Positions 35,601-47,600 of a DNA stretch of 64,000 nucleotides are shown here, in pieces. Made by a program: the position numbers and the translations under genes. The notes under the pieces are model-generated. The model worked only from the letters and a program-made list of their open reading frames with translations. It was not told the DNA's origin and searched no databases. Source of the stretch: Phoronis australis (taxonomy: Eukaryota > Animalia > Phoronida); contig NMRA01000563.1 of the NCBI GenBank assembly GCA_002633005.1, positions 210,104 to 274,103 of the forward strand. The letters are read 5' to 3'. Numbering within the stretch: position 1 is the first letter of the stretch; each line of letters starts with the position of its first letter.

Positions 35601-38600
35601 GTTGGGAGCAACAGGAAAACGCCGTAATGTAGAAACCCGTTAACTTTTGACCCATTTATGAATTCAGTATTATTGTGATTTAAGCTCATTTTATCATGAA
35701 TGTCATTAACTGTGCATGCATGTCACACCCTTATTATGGTGATATGTTAGTTAAGTATTTTGCAAAAGCTTAATGTTGTTTATTTCTGAACCAGCAGGAT
35801 CCAAATCAACCAGCGACATTATGAATTTATGATTACATTAATGAAAAGTGACACCACCTGAATTCGATGGCTGCTTGCATTCCTCTCAATGAAACAGGTT
35901 TATGTGAGACAAGCATTTGTCACACAGTGACTAAAATTGTCTTAAGATGTACATTTTTTAGTCAAAATCCGAATGTCGTGTTGTGACCTTTAAAATGAGG
36001 TCAAGATCATCCAACTGGATTGGCATCACATAAACCTTAGAGCAAATAAATATGTAGCTTCCTTCCTGAGACGTCATGCCAAGTCACAATTCAATTTTCT
36101 TGCTGTGAGCCTCAAAACAAGGTTAAAATTGCCAAAGTAAACTGGGGACTGGTGATGTACATTTATGCACACAATATGAAAATATGGTGACAACAACACT
36201 TTCCAAGTTAAAATTTGATTTTCTTGCTATTGCTTTGAAAATAAGATCAAAACTAACAAAAAAATTCGACTGGCAACAGGAGATGCCCAACCTACTACTT
36301 GGCTCGTAATATGAACAAAATGTAAAACTTTCCACTCAAGAAAAAGCATCAATGGAAGTTAAAACTTGCATGTTCTCATAGTGACCTTGAAATCTAAAGT
36401 TACCATCTTGAAATATCCACCAACAGCATTTTCAAAATAATTTTTTTCGAAATGACCTTGAAAATGTCAACGAGATCACCAAAATTGACTGACGCCAGGA
36501 GATGTCCTCCCGACACCATGGTAAGAAATAAGAACAAAATCTGAAACTAATTCTATAGTGTGACCTTCTCGTGTACATCTGTATGTATGGTCATGAATAC
36601 TTTATTCCCCATTTCGCACGCTGAAGGGGACAATCATCATTTCTAAAGATTGTATTTCCTACCACCATTGACACTGGTATTATCCTTTACAGGCAGATCT
36701 AAACGAAGGATGGTTTATACTTTCCAATGAATCGGAGCTTCCTCAGATGACTAATATTTTCATAATCAGTTCAGACATCTTCCCATTAGCCTGTACAACA
36801 TAATCAGCTTAGCCAGCCTCCCGTCAGCCTGTACAACTCTGTCACAGCATCTGTGAAGTACTAGAATTCCGAAAACTCACCAGATAGGGCGAGGGTGCGT
36901 TGTCATCAGAGAGAGAGAAGAAGTATGTGGTAACAGGAAGTTGTACGTGCTTGGGACAGAATGATCCGCTGGCACCAATCTCTGCCGTAAACCCGTCCAA
37001 CACTCCTGCTGGCTCAAGTCGGCCATTTAAGAGAGATTCCTAGAAAATTCAATATGAATGAAATAAAGTGGGCATATACTACAATTACAGAGAAAGAAGT
37101 TCGCTGCCTCCTTATGAATAGGTAAATAACTTTTAGATAAGAGTACAGTGTTTTATGATCGACATATGTCCCAAATAATAGATAAATGATACGTGAGTCG
37201 CGAGCTCGTTACCAGAGATGAAAAGGAGTCCGAGGTAGGCGATATAAGGTCATTTATTATGACTAGTACAATTACAATAAAATGAATAGTTTTCTTGATT
37301 TTGCATGACTACAAGAGTGGAGTACAATGACTCTTTCTGCAGCTATTTTGTGCAGTGCAAACTTGAGATTTATTCTTATTAAGTTGGCAGTATTTGACAG
37401 TGACAGGTGCTTTAAACTACATCAAGGTAAACCATTGAATTAATTGTCAATTCACTATTCACTCATAATTTCTATGTGATAAATGCAATATTATGTTAAA
37501 TTAATGTACTTGTGAGAATGTATGGGCTCTTAAGACCCTTTCACACTAATTTAACTTTGGCATAGGAGGAGCGTCGATGTAAACTGTGAAGTTAGTGGAG
37601 CTGCTCACACCAGCTTCAGTAGTTAACGACCTTGAAGGAAACCATAGGTGACGCTGTTGCCATTAAAGTAATCACAAGGTAGAGCTGATGCACAAAGTGA
37701 TGTTCGAAGTAAACTGAAAAATGTTTTTCATCTCGTGCACATCAAGATTTTGTTTTAATGTACTAAGTTGAGAAAGTTTACGTGTGATATTTGACAAAAA
37801 ATTATTTCTAATTTGACTAAGTGACTATTCCATCAAAAATGGCAAACACTAGCAACGACACTACCCATGTTAACCATAGCAACGACCCCTGGCGGTAACT
37901 TTGAAGGGACCAAAATTGACCATTCGTAATGTGCCGCAGCGTTTACTGCAAAGTTAACTGGCACTGCTAACTTTGAACCAGGACTTGAATAACCATATTC
38001 ACCCTAATAACCACCCAGGACGCTTAGAAAAGTTTGTTTCAAGGGGGGAAGCGCTTATAATTGTAACCCAAGGCCGTTGAAACCCGGTCTCCGAAACGGG
38101 TGAAATCGGAAGCTAAAATTCATCATATTTACGCTCTGTGACATATCTGTAATCTATGAAAGACTTTCTACAATATCGTGGTGCATTGCTATCAAACTTT
38201 GCTGCGATCATTTTACAGAAAATTGTGCTGAAATCCCAGGGCCGAAACTCGCCGACTGAGAGCCTCGCAATCTTTGATATGGCGACTTGAATGCTTGAAT
38301 AAAAATACAGTTTCGACTCAACAAATTACCTGAAATCCTCCTTAAGTTTTCCAAATAGCGTCCCTAAGATTTTTTAAATTCCCGTGGAGTTGGGATTAAT
38401 GGCAGGTTTAAATACAAATCTGTGCTACATCGTGCCATCTATGATCGGCAACATGAGAAAAATCTCTGGACGAACACACATGTTGCTGTCACGTGACGTT
38501 TGTTTTAAACTTCGTCTGCGTTTGTGAGTAAGCGAGTGTGTGCATGTCACCAGAGTTCATTTGCCAGAGAAGAGACCGTCTTTTGGCCAGAGCCACGCAA

Positions 38601-41600
38601 TCTAACGAGCTAGATGTGCATTGTATCTAAAGAAATTGGCACAAGCAGTAGGCCTAAAGCAGAATGTGTTTCATTCAGCACTTGCCGGTCTTGAGTTAAA
38701 AACTTTCGACATTTGTCTCAGTAAGGCCCACATTAGTTGCCGTGTGGCTGGATGTGTACGTGACTATCTGACAGTTATTTTTCGGTGTAAGGGTGTGTAA
38801 GCATTCACTGCCAGTGGTCATTTCGTTGGATATTTGGCTTAAAAACACCAATTATGACTAGTCAAACAATCCCTCCTAAAAATAACGCAAACATTTTTAT
38901 AGTATTAGAAACTGTCGAAAATTAGTGCCAATAATCATTTCTTGCCGATGCTATGCTACCCGTTTCATGAATGGATAGTTCCCAACTAATGTCTTTGATG
39001 ACAGTTTCATGTATGTAGCGCGCGCTTCCTAGCCACGTCTTTTAACACTGTCCAAATTTTTTATTAGTCTTCGATTCGCGGTTTTCACATGTACAAAGAA
39101 ATTTGGATTCCTATTGAAAGCGGGAAATATCTATAATACAATCCTGTTAACAAGTACACTATGTCTCTTCTGAAAGGCCAGACCATAGTGGGACACATTC
39201 TTTGCAAGATCAGCAAAACTTTTGTGTTAATTTTGGAGCTCGGCGGCTGGAAGTTGGAAGTGTATAGTCATGGCTAAATAACGACATAGAGGCGAGGCTT
39301 GTGGTCTACAAATTCTGCGCACAATGATTTTTTCAGGACTATCGGATATTATTGATAAATTGAAGACGGTACTGTAGAATTTTAGGACTGCAGGTAAGGC
39401 ATTTTTCGCACGTACACATTCACGGGCTGGGCGTTTATTTTAGCAAAGTCTGAAAACGCGTGAGGGAGCGCTTATAGGGGCATGGGGGGTTATTAGGGCG
39501 AACATGGTAAGCCATTGATACTGACTGCAAGTCTTCACAACATCGACACGCCAATGTTAGTGTGAAAGGGCCTTTAGATTCAGTTGCAGTGTAGTAAAGG
39601 ATTTTCAATCAACTGATCTGTATCACTTGACAACAGTATCTTATTCTCAGCACAGTTTTATTTTGTTCACTTTCCAGTAATGAGTTTTACTTTATAATCA
39701 TGTGATATCACAACAAATTAAGCTTCAAGAACATGTTTAATATTTTACATAACCAGGGGTAATCAAACTTAAGAAAGACTAATAAAAAATATTGTTGCAA
39801 CAATTCAAGAAACCGAGAATACTAATCTAACAATATTTCTTACAACTAGGCAACCAAAGTTTTGGAATATCTCATAAATTTTATCTTAAGTTGATTCAAA
39901 ATTACACCAACAATTCTCCGCAACAGACAGCAGTCGTGCCTGCATGCATGTGTATAAAACTATACCTCAAAGTTTCCCAGTAGACAGTTGGTTGATGCCG
40001 GAGCACTCGTACTTAAGTAGTGCAGTTCTCTGGTCCTCTCTTGTTTGTCCAGGTCAAGTTTGGAGCATGAGATAACTCTGAAACAGTAGAGCAATACCCA
40101 CCATCATTATGGAGTCTGTTAGAAACTCTAACAATGAGCCGAGGGTCCAGAGAACTAATAAAGAAATATTCTGGTGCAGTACTGATTCCAACTTGAATTG
40201 TTGCCGTATGAGCCGACACCTCAGTTAGTATTGAATTATATTGATATTAAGCATATTTAATGTTTTTCATAATTTTGTGAAGCCATCCTGTGATTGTTCA
40301 CCTACTTTTTGATAGCTTTGATGTTGTTGAGTGTACAGTCATACCCAAACTGGCCGTTGGCAGATTTTTTCTTCACAGGTGCCTAAAAACAAAAAAACAA
40401 GATCAACAGCATGTGCAGAGGTTGTTATGATGAAAAAGCACAGAGATGTTGTCTTGAGCCAGATTAGGTCATGCAAAGATGGATATGTCACCTCATAACA
40501 CTGATCAACAACAGCAGTATTCTGACCAATAATGTGACATCAGTGTTGTCATCAAACAACTAAGTTCATTCAAGCAAGAAAAGTAACGCGTCAAATCAGA
40601 CAATTCATCATTTCTTTTAAAAGATTCTCTTTCCGCTTCATAGCTATAAAAAACCTTGTAAAATAAATTTAATGCATTGCAAATCAATTTAATCAAAAGT
40701 TATTGCCAAGTGATGTGTTTTCATCAAGACATCAGAATTCTTTTCAAACTAAACAGAATAAGAAATAAATTTTCCAATTTCTTGTTGTGAACCACAAATT
40801 ATAGCGAAAGCCATATAAAATGACACTGAGCTTTTATTAAAAGCTTGGCACAAGTGGTAATAAAACGAAGGCAAATAAATACAGTGATGTATTTAAAGAA
40901 AATTTCTATTTAAACAAAAGATGACACATGTTTATTGGCCAAAACAAAGGAAGGATTATCTTTGAGGCAAAACGCTTTCTGTCACAAAACCAATTTCGGC
41001 TCTACAAGTTGGCTTGTCACCGTGAATCTACAAGTTAGCTTGTCACGGCGACTTTACAAGTTGGCTTGTCATGGCGTGTCATTTCATATGCCAAGCATTG
41101 TGTCACGAATTGACTATCAGTTCTTTGCAAACCTCCCATCTAAGTAAGGAACAAGTTGAGATCAATTTTATAGCAGTAAATGATCTAAATGAAAAGTTAG
41201 CTACTTTGCATGAAAAGGGAACTTTATAGGCATTTTAAGGTAGCATAGTAAAACAACAAGAAATGATGGGCAATGCTTACGGGACTTGACTGTGTAGGAA
41301 GTCCAGTCTGCGAGTTGAACAACAGGGATGTGCTGCCATCTAGTGATCGGCGAAACATGGCTTTGTCTTCAGCAGTAGGGATAGGTTTAGAGCTGACCTG
41401 CCAATAGTTAAAAAATCCTCATTTAGCATGATCAATATACCTTTAAACATCATTCATTACCATAAACACCAATTTGCATTTATTAAATAATATGCATATA
41501 GTCTGTTTTGATCATCAAACAGGTTGAAAACAATAACCAAGAAGTAATTCTACCACTGACAGCAGACAGCGTGCTAAAATAATCAATGCTATTTAAAACA

Positions 41601-44600
41601 CTAATGAATACATCAAAGACAATTTTAATTTTAAGAATCAAAGACACTGCTTAGAAAATAAAATATGATATCAAAATCACAGGTACATAAACAGACACAA
41701 CACTTTTCCACTTGGCAAGAATTTTTGTAAACACATCTATAAATACAAAGAGTCTATGATGCAATAATGATTTCCCTTCAGCAGTCGAATGATTCACTTA
41801 GTTTTACAGCGATAACAGAAAATGTGACATTTTGCAAAAACTAGGAACAGAATTTGAATGTATAAAATTTTGTCTTGTACGTCAATTGTCCTATTAAGAA
41901 GAGGCAGCGTCGCCTACTGTGATAGGTGCCCGTTTTCCTTACTTGAGGTCGTGGGTTCAAGTCCCACCAGGTCACATTGCTAAACCCTTGAACCAGGTTT
42001 CTAGCTCCTCAGCTCGGTTTTAACTATATATTAATAAAGTATAAAAATAGTTCCAGGCGATCAGTGCAATGGGCCCACATGTGCAGCCTCTACACGTCTG
42101 GTATGTGTACCAGACTGCCTACAATTATTTTATTTTAATTTTCATATTACAAGCTCATCTGGAACCACTGTTGATAGGAGGTACTTAATAGATAATGACA
42201 ATGTGATATTAGATGAACAGACAATAACAGGATGGCAAGCAGAACAGCAACTAGTTGAAAATTTAATATAAGTAAGGGCAAAATATCATAATTATATTCA
42301 AACATCTTGAGATTGTAAGGCCATCAAATGAAATCTACAATTAACAACAACTACAATTTAGAAATATGTATTTACATTGAAAACAGTCAAACTGAACAGT
42401 TCATTGACAGACAGGCAAATGTGATATCAACATTATTACTTCAATATCGTTTGTATCGACAAAATATACTACAAGCAACCCACGCAGTGCGAATGTGATG
42501 AATAAATCGATGTAGATGAGAAATATGTATGCATATCATTATTTGCACTTATTTGAAATAATAAACATATGCTTTTACTTGTGTATATCATTAATAATTT
42601 TTTAATAAAAAAAATCATATTACCACATATAAGCCTGACGCGAGCCACTGACTTTTTACAGCACAACCAATAAGTGTATCATAACAGCGACTAGATTGAC
42701 TTTCCAAATGTTTGTTTTTGAACAATAATGCATAAGCACCTACACAAAATACTTTAAAACACTAATTTCAAAAGTAGCTTTCACACCAGTCTGGCTACAC
42801 AATACTGACAATTTTTTGCTCACTATAGCATTATAGGACATTCACTAGACTGTGTATACTCACTACAGCATTATAGGACATTCACTAGACTGTGTATACT
42901 CACTACAGCATTATAGGACATTCACTAGACTGTGAATACTCACCATAGCTGAGGTATACAATGCTTCCTTTTTCATCAGAGTGCTCAGTAGAGACTTGCT
43001 CTTGGTACAGTTGCCATCGACACCTTCAGATAGATTCTCTTCCAGGCTCTGATGGCCCGGTGGTACGAAGTGGCCCTCCAGGTTCTTGGAAAGTTTTGAC
43101 AACTTTTTAGTGAATAACAGAGAGGTAGACGGCGTTTCGAACTTCCGATAACTGGTGGTTCCATTCTGACAGTTGTCGTTTTCAAGACACGCAAGATCAG
43201 ATTTTGCACAATATGTCATGGATCTTACTTCCACACTGGCTTGGGGAGGTTCTTGTTCTTTGTTAAAATCTAACTGTCTTATCGCCTTCATGTCTGTTCG
43301 TTCACCTCCCCTTGACACATTTCTAAGTTCTATTGCATGACCGTGTGGAGACAAAGTGATAGGAGAATGGTCGATGCTAAATTTGACACGTGACTCTTCA
43401 GGCAATAAGTTCAATTCCTTCATAGACAGATCTGTTTTTCCTACAGGTTTGCATTGCTTTGAGTTGGAACTGAGGCTTAAGCTGGACAAGGCAGATTCTA
43501 AGTCTGTGAGATTTTCAGCTAGACTAAAGCAGTCATTGTCGTAAGTCGTCTGAGAATTTGACAGAGGTACAGATGTGAACAGAACCTTTGGGCTCTCTAA
43601 AGTTTGATATCCACACTTGCCACTGTGAACTGGAAGACTCAACCTGTCCTTGGAAGGCTTAGAACTACTTTTTGGAATGGCACCACAAGTGTTTTGGTTC
43701 AAACTCTCAGCCACGTGAATGGAACAGACACTTGAACTGTCACCAAGTTTTGACCATTGACTAGTATCACTACCCTTGTAAAACTTGCAAACTTTGCTGG
43801 AAAAGCACAAGTCTACCTCGTCTTTGAGCAGTGACCCATTTTTTGTTGATTCAGTGGATACAGCTTTCCCATGGACAGCGCCATCTGGCGACGATTTGAA
43901 ATACTTCTGTTTAGGGGGAGACAACGATTGAATTAAAGTCCGTGATACCATCTGCGGAGATGTGCCACATCGCGGCAGTGCTGCGACTGTCACTTGAATT
44001 CCCGTCAACTTGCATGCTCTAGCAACTGGAAACACATGCTGATCGGGTTTTTGGGAAAACGGTGTCAGATAGGATTCTCCAGGAGCCGAAACTCTGAAAG
44101 AATTTATAGAGATTGAAACAGTGATACTGGACAATGTGCAGCCGTGCTTACACATTATTTACAATTTACAGTGATTTTCATTAGCAACTTTGACATGAAC
44201 TCAACACAAAGTGACAGAAAAGTTGCTTTTACAAAACTACATTGGCAGTGTCTGAACCTGTATAACATTTTGGGAGGGTCTGAACCTTTTGGTGTTTATT
44301 GCGTATTTTACTCCCCACAAGTACATAAATGTCGCCTGTTTTACCATAATCTGCATGATTTAGTGACTATTGAGATCTACTAGTCCTAATCCTCATACCA
44401 TTCATGCACTATTCACATTACTGTGTATACATCTACCTGGGGTCTGTTATACTTTTTCACTTTACTTGTTCCACACTACTGAAAAACGGACAGATATGCC
44501 AGAAGGTTTGTGAATTTTATCTAGCATATTTTTTCCTATACATTGTATATTTTATGATTTGATTAGCCAGGCAACTGATCTTACAGTTGGTGACAGATCA

Positions 44601-47600
44601 GATGCTAATCAGTAAAAAAGTTTCAAGTAACAATCACCACAGAGGGTATAAATGGGCAGAGGGATTCAAAGCCTCTAGCACTGACACTTAAGACAAGCCG
44701 TGACTGAGGAACAAGGTACCTGTAGATAATTTTCCTAGGTTCTGTTCCCTGAGAGCTGTTGAGCCAGGCACTGAGCTGAGAGAAATAGAGATATGAGCGG
44801 ACAGCCTGCTGTAGACCCTGACCTGTCATGTACATCTCAGCCCATCTGTAATTAACATACCTACAGTATTGGCTACCAAGCTCATCAACTGAGATCTGCA
44901 GGATCAAAGATCAGGACAATACAAATTTTCAACACATCGCCAACATGTCAGCACACTATAGTCTTCTACAACTTCCCTCAGCTTACACGATTCCCTCACC
45001 TCCCACCTCACACAACCCCCCCCCCAACTCCTGCTGTAACGACTCACCTACATGCCAGCACACTTATAGTCCACCTCTCCAACAATACACCCATAGCCTC
45101 ATCACAGTCGTGCTGGCCCTTGTCCACTTCACACAGCTGACACATGGACACCTCAATACACATGGGGATACAGTTGGTCCACAGTTGATGCATCTCACTA
45201 CGGAACTTGCTGGCTTCCACACACTACAAAATACACATGAAAGAAAATGATATTTTAAGTTAACAACCGATCAACAAAGACATCCAAGCTTGACTGTAAT
45301 AAGAATATCTTGGTGTTAAAATATCAGATTTCTTCATCGCCATATTTGCACTCCAAACCAACATCATTACGTTCCTAGACTTTGAATTGAAATCGGTTGC
45401 AATAAAATGCTGAAAATACCAACTTTGGAGACCATACTGGCATCACTTGGCAATTGAAACTAAACGACGATGACAAGCTACTTAATAGACCTGGTCTGAG
45501 GTGACAAACTAACCCACCATTACAAGCATCTTAACAGACCAGGTCTGAGGTGACAAACTAAACCACCATTACAAGCTACTTAACAGACCTGGTCTGAGAT
45601 GACAAACTAACCCACCATTATAAACAACTTAACATACCTGGTCTGAGGTGACAAACTAACCCACCCTTACTAACAACTTAACAGACCTGGTCTGGAGCAA
45701 AGACCAGGCAGTTCTTCTCAAATCTAGAAATCATTTCTAAGTTCAGACAGAGTTAATAACAGTGAGTGGGTCCAATCAAAACTTGATTTGTTGACAGAAG
45801 GCGTAGGCATTATTGCCCCTTTAACAAAAATAAAGGAATTTATATTTACAATAAAAGAACATAAGAAACGCGAGACAACAAAAAGGTAGGACAAGAGGAT
45901 CACCACAGTAAACACACTATTCAAGGTGCAATGTGTGAGACAACAAGTGTCCCTAGAGCAACTCTAGAATTTCTTGGCAGTTAATATGTTTCATCTACTT
46001 TACTACATTAACAGCTAAGAGCTTGCACAAACTGGTAGTAAATGTACAATTAATTTCACAATCAGAACAGTAATGATAAAAAATTGATAATTTTATATAG
46101 CACTATGAAACATGTTCGAGGAGATGAATCTCCCTAACAATTCAACTGATGACTTCTATACAGCCCACTCTATAATTGAATGTGAAAAGTATGTAAGTTA
46201 ACCAGTGATATTAAAAAGCTCCAAAAATATATTCCATACAAAAAGAAAGAGAAAAAATGCTGCAGGTCAGGTGGCTTAAAACACTAATTACTACATCTAT
46301 ACAACATCAGGCATTTGGTCAGATATTTCACAAAAACAGCAGTGAAACTCATTCATTTTCTGATTTTCTAATGCTGACCAGCTAAAAATGGTCAAAAAAT
46401 TTTCAGATTATTGTTTTATGAAAGCTCAGGAATAGAAATCATGTTGACAATGAATTAAATTGTCTTAATGTTTAGTTGACAATGTTCCATTCTTCAATAC
46501 ATTCTGAAGTATTTTAGAATCACTGATGGTTTCCATATTCTTCTTGGCAACAGAAATAGAATCCTATCATAGAAAGGACTTTTCAATGCTAATTTTATGA
46601 GAGTAAAAGGCACAATTAAACTTTCGTTTTTTAGCCAGCTAAACAAGGCAAAATGTTTGGAGGAAAAATTACCCAACCAGAAACTAAATATAAGTTAAGT
46701 ACTATGGCATTAAACAACAATCCAGTGTTTATACATGACAAATAAATATGACGAGCTTCCTATTTATACAATGTTATCACAGTTGGGTGACAAAGGGAAA
46801 GAGTTCCTTTGGTCTTCCTTGTTCCAAATACAAGTCACAAGCAGTGCATGTCTCACAAGCAGTGCATGTCTCACAAGCAGTGCATGTCTCATACCAGTAA
46901 TTGTCACCAGACACAACTATGATGTACCTAACCACACTGTGCTACAACAGTCAGGCCAACAAGAGTATTGATTTCATAGTCACAGCTGACATGGCCATGC
47001 AGAAACCTACAGGCAGAACTTTTGAATCATTCTCCTCTGGCATTTTGCTGCAACTAATTTGTATCCATGACTGATACATTCTCTGTTTTATTAGACACAA
47101 AATTAGGCGATTAAATCAACATAAACTAATGACTCTTGTACAGAAAGAACTTGGGAAAACAACCATTGATCTTCATTTTGTCCAATAGCAATTACTATAA
47201 ATAATCCATTATAATTGTCTTTTACTTTCACGCACTATCTTGTTTACACAAACATCAAAATGTAAAAAACAAAAAAAATCGGCACCAAGATAGAGTTGAG
47301 TGGGAAAAAAGCAATTTGTAGGACCCTTCCACGAAAAGAGCCCCTTCATAAGGCTTTTATTCCAGAAACACCACACATTGTACAAACTAAGTCAAAAAAA
47401 TTAATAGAGATTTCCAAAAGAGACCCAGCAAAGAGACCCAGGGGCTCTTTTGGAAACATCCATTTAGCTCAAATGTTCAAAAAAAGGCCCAAGGAGGTCC
47501 TTCAGTAAAAAGTGGTAGGTCTCTTTTATGAACTTGTGCCACCTGTGCCCTTATTCAATCTTGGGATTTTAAGGTATATTGCAAAGGAAGGTTTCACATT

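Noticed and set aside
41901-41975. Possible tRNA gene
   Set aside because: No convincing cloverleaf; it continues into a body shared with other dispersed copies, so it is a SINE head.
41332-43892. CTCF-like words inside Atos exons 4 and 5
   Set aside because: Single matches constrained by codons; no independent support.
44861-44895. Apparent extra mini-exon (ctgcag acceptor, AG|GTATGT donor) just before Atos exon 3
   Set aside because: It would leave a 15-nt intron, and using this acceptor alone shifts the frame into a stop; the 44845 acceptor fits the phase.
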